The position numbers and the translations under genes were made by a program. Shown here one piece after another: positions 10,706-19,527 of a DNA stretch of 64,000 nt; position 1 is the stretch's first letter, and each line of letters starts with the position of its first letter. The notes under the pieces were generated by a model. The model was not told the DNA's origin. It saw only the letters and a list, made by a program, of their open reading frames with translations, and did not search any database. Location: positions 288,001-352,000 of the forward strand of contig CBDCCS010000018.1 of assembly GCA_965214935.1 (NCBI GenBank), written 5' to 3'. This stretch comes from Candidatus Velthaea sp. (GTDB lineage Bacteria; Vulcanimicrobiota; Vulcanimicrobiia; Vulcanimicrobiales; Vulcanimicrobiaceae).

Positions 10706-11494
10706 CTAGCTTAGCGGCCGTACGAAGGTTGGTTTTGACGTCGGAGCTTTGCTGCCGCCTTCGGGTTCGACGCTGAGTGCGACGACGGACAGCGTATCGG
10801 CGTTTTCGGGCAGCGCGACAACTGCAGAACCGGAGGCGTTGGGCGTGAAGAGCGAACTAGGCGCAAGCGTTTTGCTGCCTTTCGCAATCGTCCATGCTTC
10901 ATACACTTTACCGCGCGGCAGTATTGCTAACGTTTGCAGCGTCAAGTAAACGTGCGTTCCGCGAACTACCACTTGACCTTGCGGAACGGGATAACGATGC
11001 GCATCGCCGGCGATGAGATCGGCAACCATCGCCCGGTCGTGCGTCTGCACGCGCTCGTTTTGCGCAATTTGTGCCTGTAGCGACGCCGCTCGCGAGTTTG
11101 CGGTTGCAAGATCGCCGCGCAAAGAAAAATTTTGTATCGTGCTTACGAGTGCAAACACGACGGCTGCCGCAGCGGCTAACCCCGCTCCCGCTGACCAGCC
11201 CGCCACGGCGGTGCGGCGCGGCGCGCCGATCGGCACGACGTTGGGGCGCGCTTGCGCATCGACCGTTGCCATGATGCGTTGCTTCATGCGGACCGAACGT
11301 GCGGAGTCGACGGGTTCTTCGGCCGCCAAGCCGATCAGATCGGCAGCCGGCCGTAGCGCATCGAACTCCGCTCGCGCTTCCGGATCGGCCAAAATGTATG
11401 CCGTTACGAGTCGCTGTTCGCTCGCCGGCAGCACGCCTAAAGCATACGCTGCGACAAGTTCCATCATCGCCTCACGATCGAACGCTTCGCTCAT
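10706..11494 (-). CDS. Anti-sigma factor, RskA family
   Basis: AAYALGVL N-terminus, single TM, VYEAWTI, ALSVEPEGGSKAPTS. Confidence 0.9.
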   Translation of the reverse strand: MSEAFDREAMMELVAAYALGVLPASEQRLVTAYILADPEARAEFDALRPAADLIGLAAEEPVDSARSVRMKQRIMATVDAQARPNVVPIGAPRRTAVAGWSAGAGLAAAAAVVFALVSTIQNFSLRGDLATANSRAASLQAQIAQNERVQTHDRAMVADLIAGDAHRYPVPQGQVVVRGTHVYLTLQTLAILPRGKVYEAWTIAKGSKTLAPSSLFTPNASGSAVVALPENADTLSVVALSVEPEGGSKAPTSKPTFVRPLS

Positions 11495-12102
11495 CGCGAA
11501 ATCGCTCCGCGCAAATCGTCGCGTAAGCGCCGCAGGCCCGACCTGATGCGAGTCTTAACGGTGCCCAGCGGAATGCCGGTCCGGCGCGCAATTTCTTCAT
11601 GGGTAACTCCGTCAAAGAAGCCCATTTCAATCGGCGAACGCTGTTCGTCGGGCAACCCGGCAAGCGCGCTACGCACGCGCTGAGAATCAATTTTAGCGAA
11701 AACAACATCGTCGATTGTGCCGTCCATAGGAATATCCGCGGGAATCTCGCCTTCCGGCCGTGAGGCGCGACTGCGCAGTACGTCAAGCGCCCGGTTGCGG
11801 GTGACACGTGAGAGCCAAGCACCGAAATTGCCGTCGTGAAACGAATCGGGTGAACTCCAAATTTTGAGAAACACGGATTGCGTTAGGTCTTCGGCCATCG
11901 TCGTGTCGCTCAGCATTCGCAAGGCGATACCGAAAACGAGCCGATGGTACGCGTCGTAGAGCTGCTCGAACGCGGCGGAATCGCGCGCCCGCAATCGCTC
12001 CATTAGACGTGTCCCATCTTCCACAGTCGGCGAGGTTCGTGCCGCTTGCCGCAAGCCCTCGAAAGGGTAACGTAGCCCAAAGCCGCTCGGATGTTCAGCC
12101 AT
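11491..12102 (-). CDS. ECF RNA polymerase sigma factor (SigK-like); start uncertain
   Basis: AFEQLYD, AEDLTQSVFLKIW, WLSRVTRNRALD, THEEIA..GIPLGTVKTRIRSGL; coupled to the anti-sigma gene. Confidence 0.93.
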   Translation of the reverse strand: MAEHPSGFGLRYPFEGLRQAARTSPTVEDGTRLMERLRARDSAAFEQLYDAYHRLVFGIALRMLSDTTMAEDLTQSVFLKIWSSPDSFHDGNFGAWLSRVTRNRALDVLRSRASRPEGEIPADIPMDGTIDDVVFAKIDSQRVRSALAGLPDEQRSPIEMGFFDGVTHEEIARRTGIPLGTVKTRIRSGLRRLRDDLRGAISR

Positions 12103-12123
12103 TTTGGGAACGGTAAATCTGCG

Positions 12124-12453
12124 ATGAAACACCGCCGGCCGCGCGAACGCAGTTTTCTTCACATTGCCGCGTTTGCCGGTGCGGGCGGAATTTTATCGCT
12201 TGGATGTTCGATCGCAATCCCGTTGTACAATGCGATGCATCATCGGCCCGTAACGCCTGAATTTTTCTTCTTTGGTATTTGGGGTTTGCTCGCGTTGGGC
12301 GGTGCGGCTGCCTGCATTCATACCTACTTTATCTCGGGAGATCCGCCCGATACGCCGCCCAAAGGCGGCGTACCGGTGCGGGAGTTCAGCGTCCTCGAAG
12401 GCGGCAGAAAGCACGCCGAACAACGCGACGATTCACAACGGCGTGCCGCCTGA
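12124..12453 (+). CDS. Small two-TM hypothetical protein
   Basis: Two hydrophobic segments and a charged tail; divergent from the sigma gene. Confidence 0.6.
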   Translation: MKHRRPRERSFLHIAAFAGAGGILSLGCSIAIPLYNAMHHRPVTPEFFFFGIWGLLALGGAAACIHTYFISGDPPDTPPKGGVPVREFSVLEGGRKHAEQRDDSQRRAA

Positions 12454-12558
12454 CGGTCGCGTGTCGTCCGGCCGTTGCATGAAGTTGCAAGCGAAGCCCT
12501 AATCCTGAGCGTGCATCATGCACGCCGCTCATCTGCGCCGGCCGTCGCGGTTCCGTGC

Positions 12559-13740
12559 ATGAACGACATCGCGCTCGGCACGAGTGGTTTCATCGAGTTA
12601 CTCGGGGCCGCGGTTATCGTCGCGATCGTTGCCGAACGCGTGCGGTTGCCGGCCGCGGTTGCACTCGTCGGTTTCGGTGCGATCGTTTCAAGCACCGCAC
12701 CGATCGATTTGCCGTTCACATTCGGGCCGGCGCTGTTATTTATTTTTCTTCCGCCGCTCATCTTTGAGGCAGCGTGGAATCTCGATGCGCCGGCATTGCG
12801 CCGGATGGCTTGGTCGATAACGGTACTCGTCGTGCCCGGCGTTCTGCTGACCAGCGGCGTCATCGCCTTCGGCTTAGCTTCCACCGGGCAACTGCCGGTC
12901 GTGGCGGCGTTTATGTTCGGTTCGATCGTTTCAGCTACCGATCCGGTCGGCGTCATCGCTATTTTTCGCCGGCTCAACGTTCCGCTCGATTTGCTCACCC
13001 TCGTCGAAGGCGAGTCGATTGCCAACGACGGCATAGCGATCGCGCTTTACGGCATTGCGCTCGCGCTCGCCGCGCATCCGGCAAGCGTTGACGGCTGGGC
13101 GATAACATGGCAAGCCGTCATCGGCGTTGTCGGCGGAAGCGCGATCGGTGTCGCAACGGCCGGGGCGATCGGATTGGCCATTCGCGGTGCGCGCGAACGA
13201 TCGGTCGAATTGACCGCGACGGTCGTCCTGGCGTTTAGCGCTTACGGTGTTGCAAGTTCGCTCGGAATGTCGGGTGTCTTTGCAACGGCCGCGGCGGGAA
13301 TCACGTTGCGGCTGATGCGCGCATTCGTGCTTACGGCACAAGCGCCCGAAGACGTCGACCGGTTTTGGGAAGTGATCGCCTTCACAGCCAATGCCGTCGT
13401 GTTTCTGGCTACGGGTCTGGTGTTACAGGTCCCGCGGCTGTTTCACGAACCGCTGCTCGTTCTGAGTGCAATCGTCGTTGTGTTTGCGTCGCGCGCAATG
13501 TTGGCATTCGGCGTGTTGCCGCTGCTGGGTTTGAATACCGCGCATCCCGGCTGGCGTGAAACGGCATTTTTCGCCGGCATGCGTGGTGCGCTCTCACTTG
13601 CACTTGCACTCGGCTTGCCCGACGGCTTTCCGCATCGCGCGCAGATCATCGACGCGACGTTTGCCGTCGTCCTTGTGACGCTCGTCCTTCAAGGCGCGAC
13701 GATCGAAACGTTTCTGCGGCGCTTACCGCTCGCACGCTGA
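12559..13740 (+). CDS. Cation:proton antiporter, CPA1/NhaP family
   Basis: FLPPLIFEAA, SATDPV, EGESIAND, GMRGALSLALAL. Confidence 0.93.
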   Translation: MNDIALGTSGFIELLGAAVIVAIVAERVRLPAAVALVGFGAIVSSTAPIDLPFTFGPALLFIFLPPLIFEAAWNLDAPALRRMAWSITVLVVPGVLLTSGVIAFGLASTGQLPVVAAFMFGSIVSATDPVGVIAIFRRLNVPLDLLTLVEGESIANDGIAIALYGIALALAAHPASVDGWAITWQAVIGVVGGSAIGVATAGAIGLAIRGARERSVELTATVVLAFSAYGVASSLGMSGVFATAAAGITLRLMRAFVLTAQAPEDVDRFWEVIAFTANAVVFLATGLVLQVPRLFHEPLLVLSAIVVVFASRAMLAFGVLPLLGLNTAHPGWRETAFFAGMRGALSLALALGLPDGFPHRAQIIDATFAVVLVTLVLQGATIETFLRRLPLAR

Positions 13741-13742
13741 AT

Positions 13743-14831
13743 TTACGGCGGCAGTTCGACCGGAGGCCCGCCGCGATGCTCGTACGCCGCGCGCCGGGCC
13801 GGCGGATCGGGCACGATCGGACGGTCGCGATCGTCGCTGTGCGGCCGCGCAAAACCGAACTCGCCGTCCGCAGCGTCAGCGGTCCATTCGTCGATTGGAC
13901 GTTTACGCGGGCGCATCGGTGCAAGCGGATCGCTGCGTTCGATCAGCGGCAGTGCCGGTGCATCGGGCGGCGCGGGGGAGATGCGCGCAACCCGCGCCGG
14001 CGTTGCCGAAACCGCGGAGAGTTTCGCCTCGACTTTGGTTTCTTTGAAAGCGGCGGATGACGGCATGTCGAGAGTTTGACTTTCGGCGTTGAAGCCGACG
14101 ACGATGAACGCGTCGGCCAAGCGCTTGAGTCCGGGCAGCGGGTGTCCGGTGAGCGGAACGAGCGTGAATAGCTCGTGCACCACCTCGCACGTTGCAGCGG
14201 CCGCAACGACGAAGGCGTTGAGCTCGAATGTTGCTTCTTGCAGCCGTTCGGCGAACAGTGTCTGTGGACCGACGACGGTGAACTCGCGGCGTTCGTTAAA
14301 GCCCGCGTCTCCCGCGATGACGTCACCGGAGTTGATGCCGATTCCAACTTGGAACGACCGCCGGCCTTGCGCGCGCCAACGGCGGTCCATCGCGTCGACG
14401 AGTCGCACGATATCGAGTGCGGCCCGTAGCGCATGTTCCTCGGCGTGCGGATCTTCGAGCGGTACACCGAAAACGCCGATGATGCCGTCGCCCAGAAATT
14501 TGTCGATCATGCCGCGATATTTTTGAATCGACGTGCCGGCCAAAGCAAAAAACTCGTTGAGATAACGCAGCGTTTCTTGCGCCGTCAAAGATTCGGCGAA
14601 GCCGGCAAAGTTCCAGATACGGCACACTAAAATAGTTGCTTGCAACGAACGTCCGGTGTATAGAGCGGGATCTTTACGGCGCAGCAGTTCGTCCACCACC
14701 GGCGGCGAGAGATAGCGCGAAAACAAGGCCCGAACGCGCCGGACCTCACGTTGCTCGGCCCGGTAGCGTAAGCCGACGATCGCGAGTCCGGCCAGTGCGC
14801 CGACGAGCGCAACTCCGGCAATGACAGCCAT
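13743..14831 (-). CDS. Membrane-anchored class III adenylate/guanylate cyclase-like protein, degenerate active site
   Basis: FSRYLSPPVV, IDKFLGDG, GIGINSG..IAGD; Pro-rich tail. Confidence 0.85.
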   Translation of the reverse strand: MAVIAGVALVGALAGLAIVGLRYRAEQREVRRVRALFSRYLSPPVVDELLRRKDPALYTGRSLQATILVCRIWNFAGFAESLTAQETLRYLNEFFALAGTSIQKYRGMIDKFLGDGIIGVFGVPLEDPHAEEHALRAALDIVRLVDAMDRRWRAQGRRSFQVGIGINSGDVIAGDAGFNERREFTVVGPQTLFAERLQEATFELNAFVVAAAATCEVVHELFTLVPLTGHPLPGLKRLADAFIVVGFNAESQTLDMPSSAAFKETKVEAKLSAVSATPARVARISPAPPDAPALPLIERSDPLAPMRPRKRPIDEWTADAADGEFGFARPHSDDRDRPIVPDPPARRAAYEHRGGPPVELPP

Positions 14832-14868
14832 AGGCGGTTTGCCTGCGCCGTCGTATCCTCCGCCACCT

Positions 14869-15282
14869 ATGGACGATTTGGCGTTTGTCCGCGAGCGGAT
14901 CGAATCTTACGCGGACTATACGAATGACGATTCCAGACGTCTGGTCGACGAACAAATCCGTGCGTACGTCGGCGAAGCGGTGTCGCGCCTGCAAGAGCGT
15001 TTAGGGCCCGACGGCGCGGCGGGCGATGCGCTCTCCGCTATCCTGCTGCGATGTCAGTTTGCCGATCAACATGTCGTGCGCGCGCTCGAAGCCGCGACCG
15101 TCGACGGAACCGACTTCTCCGCAGTGCACAAGCTCGACCGCGATTTAACCGCGGCTGCAGAACGCGCCGATTCGATCGCGCCGCCGTCGCTCGACGACTA
15201 TTTAACCGAAATCTCAACGTTACTCGATGCACGCACGCGCGTGCTGCTTGCGCGAGCGGAATCTGCCGTCGAATCGGGCTAA
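14869..15282 (+). CDS. Hypothetical helical protein
   Basis: Fills the gap between genes; TATCCT -10-like hexamer 9 nt upstream. Confidence 0.65.
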   Translation: MDDLAFVRERIESYADYTNDDSRRLVDEQIRAYVGEAVSRLQERLGPDGAAGDALSAILLRCQFADQHVVRALEAATVDGTDFSAVHKLDRDLTAAAERADSIAPPSLDDYLTEISTLLDARTRVLLARAESAVESG

Positions 15283-16289
15283 GCGTTTTGCGGCATGCGC
15301 GTATCGCCGTCGTCGAAGCGATGCGTGCTTGACGGGAGCGGGGACAGCCCGACGGTATCGCCGACGGCTGCCGTGCTTTCGCCGACGATGCGCACGCTCA
15401 ATTCACCGGCAGATTGCGTACGCACGTAAAGAAACGTGTCTGAGCCTAAACGTTCGGCATGCGTGATGACGCCGGTCCAGCGTGGATTTTCGGCGTCGAT
15501 CCGAAGGTGCTCGGGCCGAATGCCCAGCGCTGCGGCGCCGAATCGGCGCGCTTCGTCGCCGCGCACAACGTTCATCTTCGGTGAGCCGATGAAGCTCGCG
15601 ACAAAAAGATTCGCCGGAAAATGGTACAGCTCGGTCGGGCGGCCGATCTGCTGAACCGCACCCGCCGATAGCACGACGATCTTGTCCGCCAGCGTCATCG
15701 CTTCAATTTGATCGTGCGTTACGTAAATCATTGTCGCGCCGAGCGTGCGATGAAGGTTCGCGATCTCAATGCGCGTGTTGATCCGTAACGCCGCGTCGAG
15801 ATTCGATAACGGTTCGTCGAAAAGAAAGAGTTTGGGCTGCCGCACGATGGCGCGCCCGATCGCCACCCGTTGACGCTGACCGCCGGACAGTTGCATCGGC
15901 TTGCGTTTGAGCAGCGGCGTCAAGGCGAGCATCTCGGCGGCGGCGGCGAGCCGCCGCTCGATATCGGCGGCCGAGAGTGCTTCGCGCTTGAGCGCTAAGG
16001 TCATATTGTCGGCGACGTTGAGATGCGGATACAACGCATAGCTTTGGAAGACCATCCCGATGCCGCGCTTCGCCGGCGGCAAGTTGTCTGCCACGACGCC
16101 GGCGATTCGCAGATGGCCCGACGTCTGTCGCTCGAGTCCGGCGATGATGCGCAGCAACGTCGACTTGCCGCAACCGGACGGCCCGACGAACACGATGAAT
16201 TCGCCGGCCGCGACCGCGAAATCGATCCCCGTCAAGACATCGGTTTGCCCGTATTTCTTGGTTATCGCAATGAGCTCGAGTGCGCTCAT
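15279..16289 (-). CDS. Carbohydrate ABC transporter ATP-binding protein (MalK-like)
   Basis: GPSGCGKST, LSGGQRQR, FLFDEPLSNLD, YVTHDQ. Confidence 0.96.
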   Translation of the reverse strand: MSALELIAITKKYGQTDVLTGIDFAVAAGEFIVFVGPSGCGKSTLLRIIAGLERQTSGHLRIAGVVADNLPPAKRGIGMVFQSYALYPHLNVADNMTLALKREALSAADIERRLAAAAEMLALTPLLKRKPMQLSGGQRQRVAIGRAIVRQPKLFLFDEPLSNLDAALRINTRIEIANLHRTLGATMIYVTHDQIEAMTLADKIVVLSAGAVQQIGRPTELYHFPANLFVASFIGSPKMNVVRGDEARRFGAAALGIRPEHLRIDAENPRWTGVITHAERLGSDTFLYVRTQSAGELSVRIVGESTAAVGDTVGLSPLPSSTHRFDDGDTRMPQNA

Positions 16290-16347
16290 CGCGGCCGGCG
16301 ATTGCCGCAAGCAGCGTCGATGCGCGCGCAGCGCAAGGATCCGGCGG

Positions 16348-17187
16348 TCACTTCACGGCGCCCGAGGTGATGCCGCGGATGAGATTTTTTGAGAAGGTCA
16401 GATACAACACGATGACGGGTAAAATGCCGAGCGAGAGTGCGGCTAAAACCGCGTTCCAGTTTGTGACGTATTGGCCGATGAATTGCTGGGCGCCGAGCGT
16501 TACGGTCTTTGTGCTCTCGCCCGGCGCCAGAATAAGCGGGAACCATAAGTCGTTCCATATCGGTATCATGGTGAAGACGGCAACGGTCGACAGCGCCGGG
16601 CGAACCAGCGGCAACACCAGGCGGTAGAAGATTTCATATTCCGATAAGCCGTCGATACGGCCGGCGTTTTTGAGGTCGTCGGAAATCGTGCGCATGAATT
16701 CAGTCAACACGAACACGGCGATCGGCAACCCCTGCGCAATGTAAACCAAGATCAAGGCGACGAGCGTGTTGACGAGATGCGTTCCGACCATGAGTTCGAG
16801 TATGCCGACCGTACCGAGCCGGATCGGAATCATGATGCCGAGCATCAAGTACAAGCCCATGAGCGTATTGAGCCGGAAGCGATATTCGGCCAGCGCAAAG
16901 GCGGCCATCGCGCCGAACGCGATGATTCCCGCCAGCGCAACGAGCGTGACGACGATGCTATTGCCGAAGTACGTGATGAAGTTGCCTTGACTCAAAACCG
17001 TTACGTACCCGACCGGATCGAACGAACCCGGGCCCGGCAGCGCGAGCGGCGAGGCGAAGATCGCGCGCCGCGATTTGAGCGAATTCATGATGATGAAGAG
17101 TACGGGTAGCACGGCGACGGCAGTGTACGCGATCAACACGGCGTGTGCTGCCGCGGCACGTCTTAGCGAGCCGCGAGCGGTTGCCAT
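16348..17187 (-). CDS. Carbohydrate ABC transporter permease
   Basis: Hydrophobic; EAA-like loop NAGRIDG; C-terminal GITSGAVK. Confidence 0.95.
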   Translation of the reverse strand: MATARGSLRRAAAAHAVLIAYTAVAVLPVLFIIMNSLKSRRAIFASPLALPGPGSFDPVGYVTVLSQGNFITYFGNSIVVTLVALAGIIAFGAMAAFALAEYRFRLNTLMGLYLMLGIMIPIRLGTVGILELMVGTHLVNTLVALILVYIAQGLPIAVFVLTEFMRTISDDLKNAGRIDGLSEYEIFYRLVLPLVRPALSTVAVFTMIPIWNDLWFPLILAPGESTKTVTLGAQQFIGQYVTNWNAVLAALSLGILPVIVLYLTFSKNLIRGITSGAVK

Positions 17188-17205
17188 GGCCGATATCCCG
17201 TGCCC

Positions 17206-18135
17206 TTAGAATTGATAGCGATTGATGCGGCGCTGCACGAGGAACAGATAGAGGCAAACGCCGGCCAGAATAATGAGGAACATGATCGCAGCAACGGCGG
17301 CGCCCATGTTCGGATCGCCGAGCTGTAATTGATAGCCAAAAAACGTGCGATACAGAAACGTGCCTAAGATGTCCGTCGAGTAATTCGGACCGGCCAACGC
17401 TCCCTGAGTGGTATAGACGAGATCGAAAGCGTTGAAGTTACCGACGAACGTAAGGATCGAAATCATTCCGACGGTCGGCCAGATGAGCGGTAATTTGACC
17501 TTCCAGAACTGCTCGATACCGACGATTCCGTCGACGTCGGCTGCATCCGTCAGTTCATCCGGAATGGCAATCAACGCAGCGTAACACAGCATCATCGGTA
17601 CTCCGACGTATTGCCAGACCGAGATGAAACCGAGCGTCACGAGGGCTGAACCCTCGCGCCCGAGATACGGCGCAAACAAGAACTTGAGACCAACGGCGCC
17701 GAGCAATGCCGGCGCGACACCCCATAACGGCGAGAGAATCAGCTTCCAACCGAAACCGACGATCACGAATGACAGCAACGTCGGTAGAAAGATTGCGGTG
17801 CGATAGACGGCCGCGCCGCGCAAACGCGGTATCGCCAAAAGCGCCGCGAGCATGATTCCGATCGGATTTTGCAACATTTGGATTGCAAAGAAGATGATGT
17901 TATCGAGTAAGGCGTTCCAAAATTGATGCGACCAGCGGTCGTCGAAGAATAGCGCCGAGAAATTTCTGAGCCCGACGAAGACATCGGCATTTTTAAGTGG
18001 AGAGAAAAGTGCTAAGCGCAGTGTTTCGACGAGCGGAAGAATCATTACCGCGGTGTAGATCAGCACGGCCGGAGCGAGGAAAACCGCGATGTGCAGGCGC
18101 TTGGGCGCTTTTGAAGCGCTCTCGTCCGGCCTCAC
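17206..18135 (-). CDS. Carbohydrate ABC transporter permease
   Basis: FVGLRNF, DAADVDG, FWKVKLPLI, FNAFD. Confidence 0.95.
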   Translation of the reverse strand: MRPDESASKAPKRLHIAVFLAPAVLIYTAVMILPLVETLRLALFSPLKNADVFVGLRNFSALFFDDRWSHQFWNALLDNIIFFAIQMLQNPIGIMLAALLAIPRLRGAAVYRTAIFLPTLLSFVIVGFGWKLILSPLWGVAPALLGAVGLKFLFAPYLGREGSALVTLGFISVWQYVGVPMMLCYAALIAIPDELTDAADVDGIVGIEQFWKVKLPLIWPTVGMISILTFVGNFNAFDLVYTTQGALAGPNYSTDILGTFLYRTFFGYQLQLGDPNMGAAVAAIMFLIILAGVCLYLFLVQRRINRYQF

Positions 18136-19394
18136 TTCGCGGGTTTGTACCAGCGATCGAGGCCCTGCTGAAGTTTGCCCGCCGCGAGCGCCGGCGTGTC
18201 GGTCCCGTTGATCACGTTGGAGCCTTCGACCCAGAACGCGTTCTCGAGATTCGGTGTTCCGCGTGACAAAATTTGATACGTCGGGCGAATCGTCGACTTG
18301 CAGGCCGAGCGAAAACTCGCGAACTGTCGCGCGAGCGGGTCTTGCAACGCAATCGGCGACTTCTGCAAGCTAAAAAAGCCCGGTAACGCGTTTGAGTAAA
18401 GCTCGGCAAATTGCGGCGAGGCGACCCACTCGAGGAACGTTTTGGCCTCTGCGACATGTGCCGATTTCGCGTTGAGTCCGAGCGCAATGTCGGGATGATC
18501 GGAGATAAAGCACGGATCGCCGGCTTTTTGCACGGGCGGCGGAAACGCTGCGAGCGCGAAGGCCGCTTGTTTACGAAAGCCGCTGATCTCCCACGAACCG
18601 GCCGGGTAAATAGCCGCGCGACCAAGGGTGAAAAGATTTTGACTGTCGGCGTACGATTGTGCCTCGAAGCCCTCACCCAAGTACGGCCGCCACTTCGCCA
18701 GCACGGCAAATGGTTCGACCCACTGCGGATCGGTAAGCTTCTGTTTGCCGGCAATGAGCGCCAGCCGGCCGGTTTCGCCTTTGTAATACGTCGGCCCGAT
18801 GTTCTGGTAGCCCATCGACGCCGTTTCCCAGCCTTCTTTGGTTCCCATCGCCAGCGGTACGTACGTTCCGTCGGCTTTGATCTTATCGAGCGCGGCGAAG
18901 AATTGCGGGACGGTTGCGGGTGCTTGTAAGCCGAGCTTCGCAAAGGCATCTTTATTATAGATAAAGCCGTGGATGACCGACGCCATCGGTACGCAAAACG
19001 TCGTCTTGCCGTCATCTGTCGTCCAAGCCGTGCGCGCCACGGATGAGAAATTGCTCATGCCGCGGAGCGCATTGACGCCGGTGAGCCGGCCTTTCTGATA
19101 CAGCGCAAGCGATGCATCGAATGGCCGGCACGTGATGAGATCGCCGGCCGTTCCGGCAGCGAGTTTCGCGTTGAGGGCGGCATTGTATTCCGTCGGTGCG
19201 GTCGGCGCAAATTTCACGTCGATGCCCGGATGCGTTTTCTCAAATGCCGGGATAATTTTATCTTGCCAAATCGCGATGTCGTCGTTACGCCAACTCTCAA
19301 TGGTTAGCGTAACCGGCGCCGCCGAAGCCCATCCCGTGCTTGCGACCACCGTTACCGATACGATCAGGCCGAAAGCTGCCCTCGTTGTGCTCAC
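18132..19394 (-). CDS. Sugar ABC transporter substrate-binding protein (likely amino sugar/GlcNAc)
   Basis: Signal peptide from GTG 19394 (..GWASA|A), then LTIESWRNDD..ITCRPFDASL. The longer track ORF is an over-extension. Confidence 0.9.
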   Translation of the reverse strand: MSTTRAAFGLIVSVTVVASTGWASAAPVTLTIESWRNDDIAIWQDKIIPAFEKTHPGIDVKFAPTAPTEYNAALNAKLAAGTAGDLITCRPFDASLALYQKGRLTGVNALRGMSNFSSVARTAWTTDDGKTTFCVPMASVIHGFIYNKDAFAKLGLQAPATVPQFFAALDKIKADGTYVPLAMGTKEGWETASMGYQNIGPTYYKGETGRLALIAGKQKLTDPQWVEPFAVLAKWRPYLGEGFEAQSYADSQNLFTLGRAAIYPAGSWEISGFRKQAAFALAAFPPPVQKAGDPCFISDHPDIALGLNAKSAHVAEAKTFLEWVASPQFAELYSNALPGFFSLQKSPIALQDPLARQFASFRSACKSTIRPTYQILSRGTPNLENAFWVEGSNVINGTDTPALAAGKLQQGLDRWYKPAK

Positions 19395-19527
19395 CGGGCG
19401 ACGTTTGCGGTTCCCCGGTGCTTGGCCCTTCAGACGCGTGCGGCATCGAAAACGCTCGCCGTTGAAGCGAATCGTCACGGCGCGGAGCACGGGAACCGTC
19501 GTCGCGTCGTTGAAGCGCGGCAGCGGA

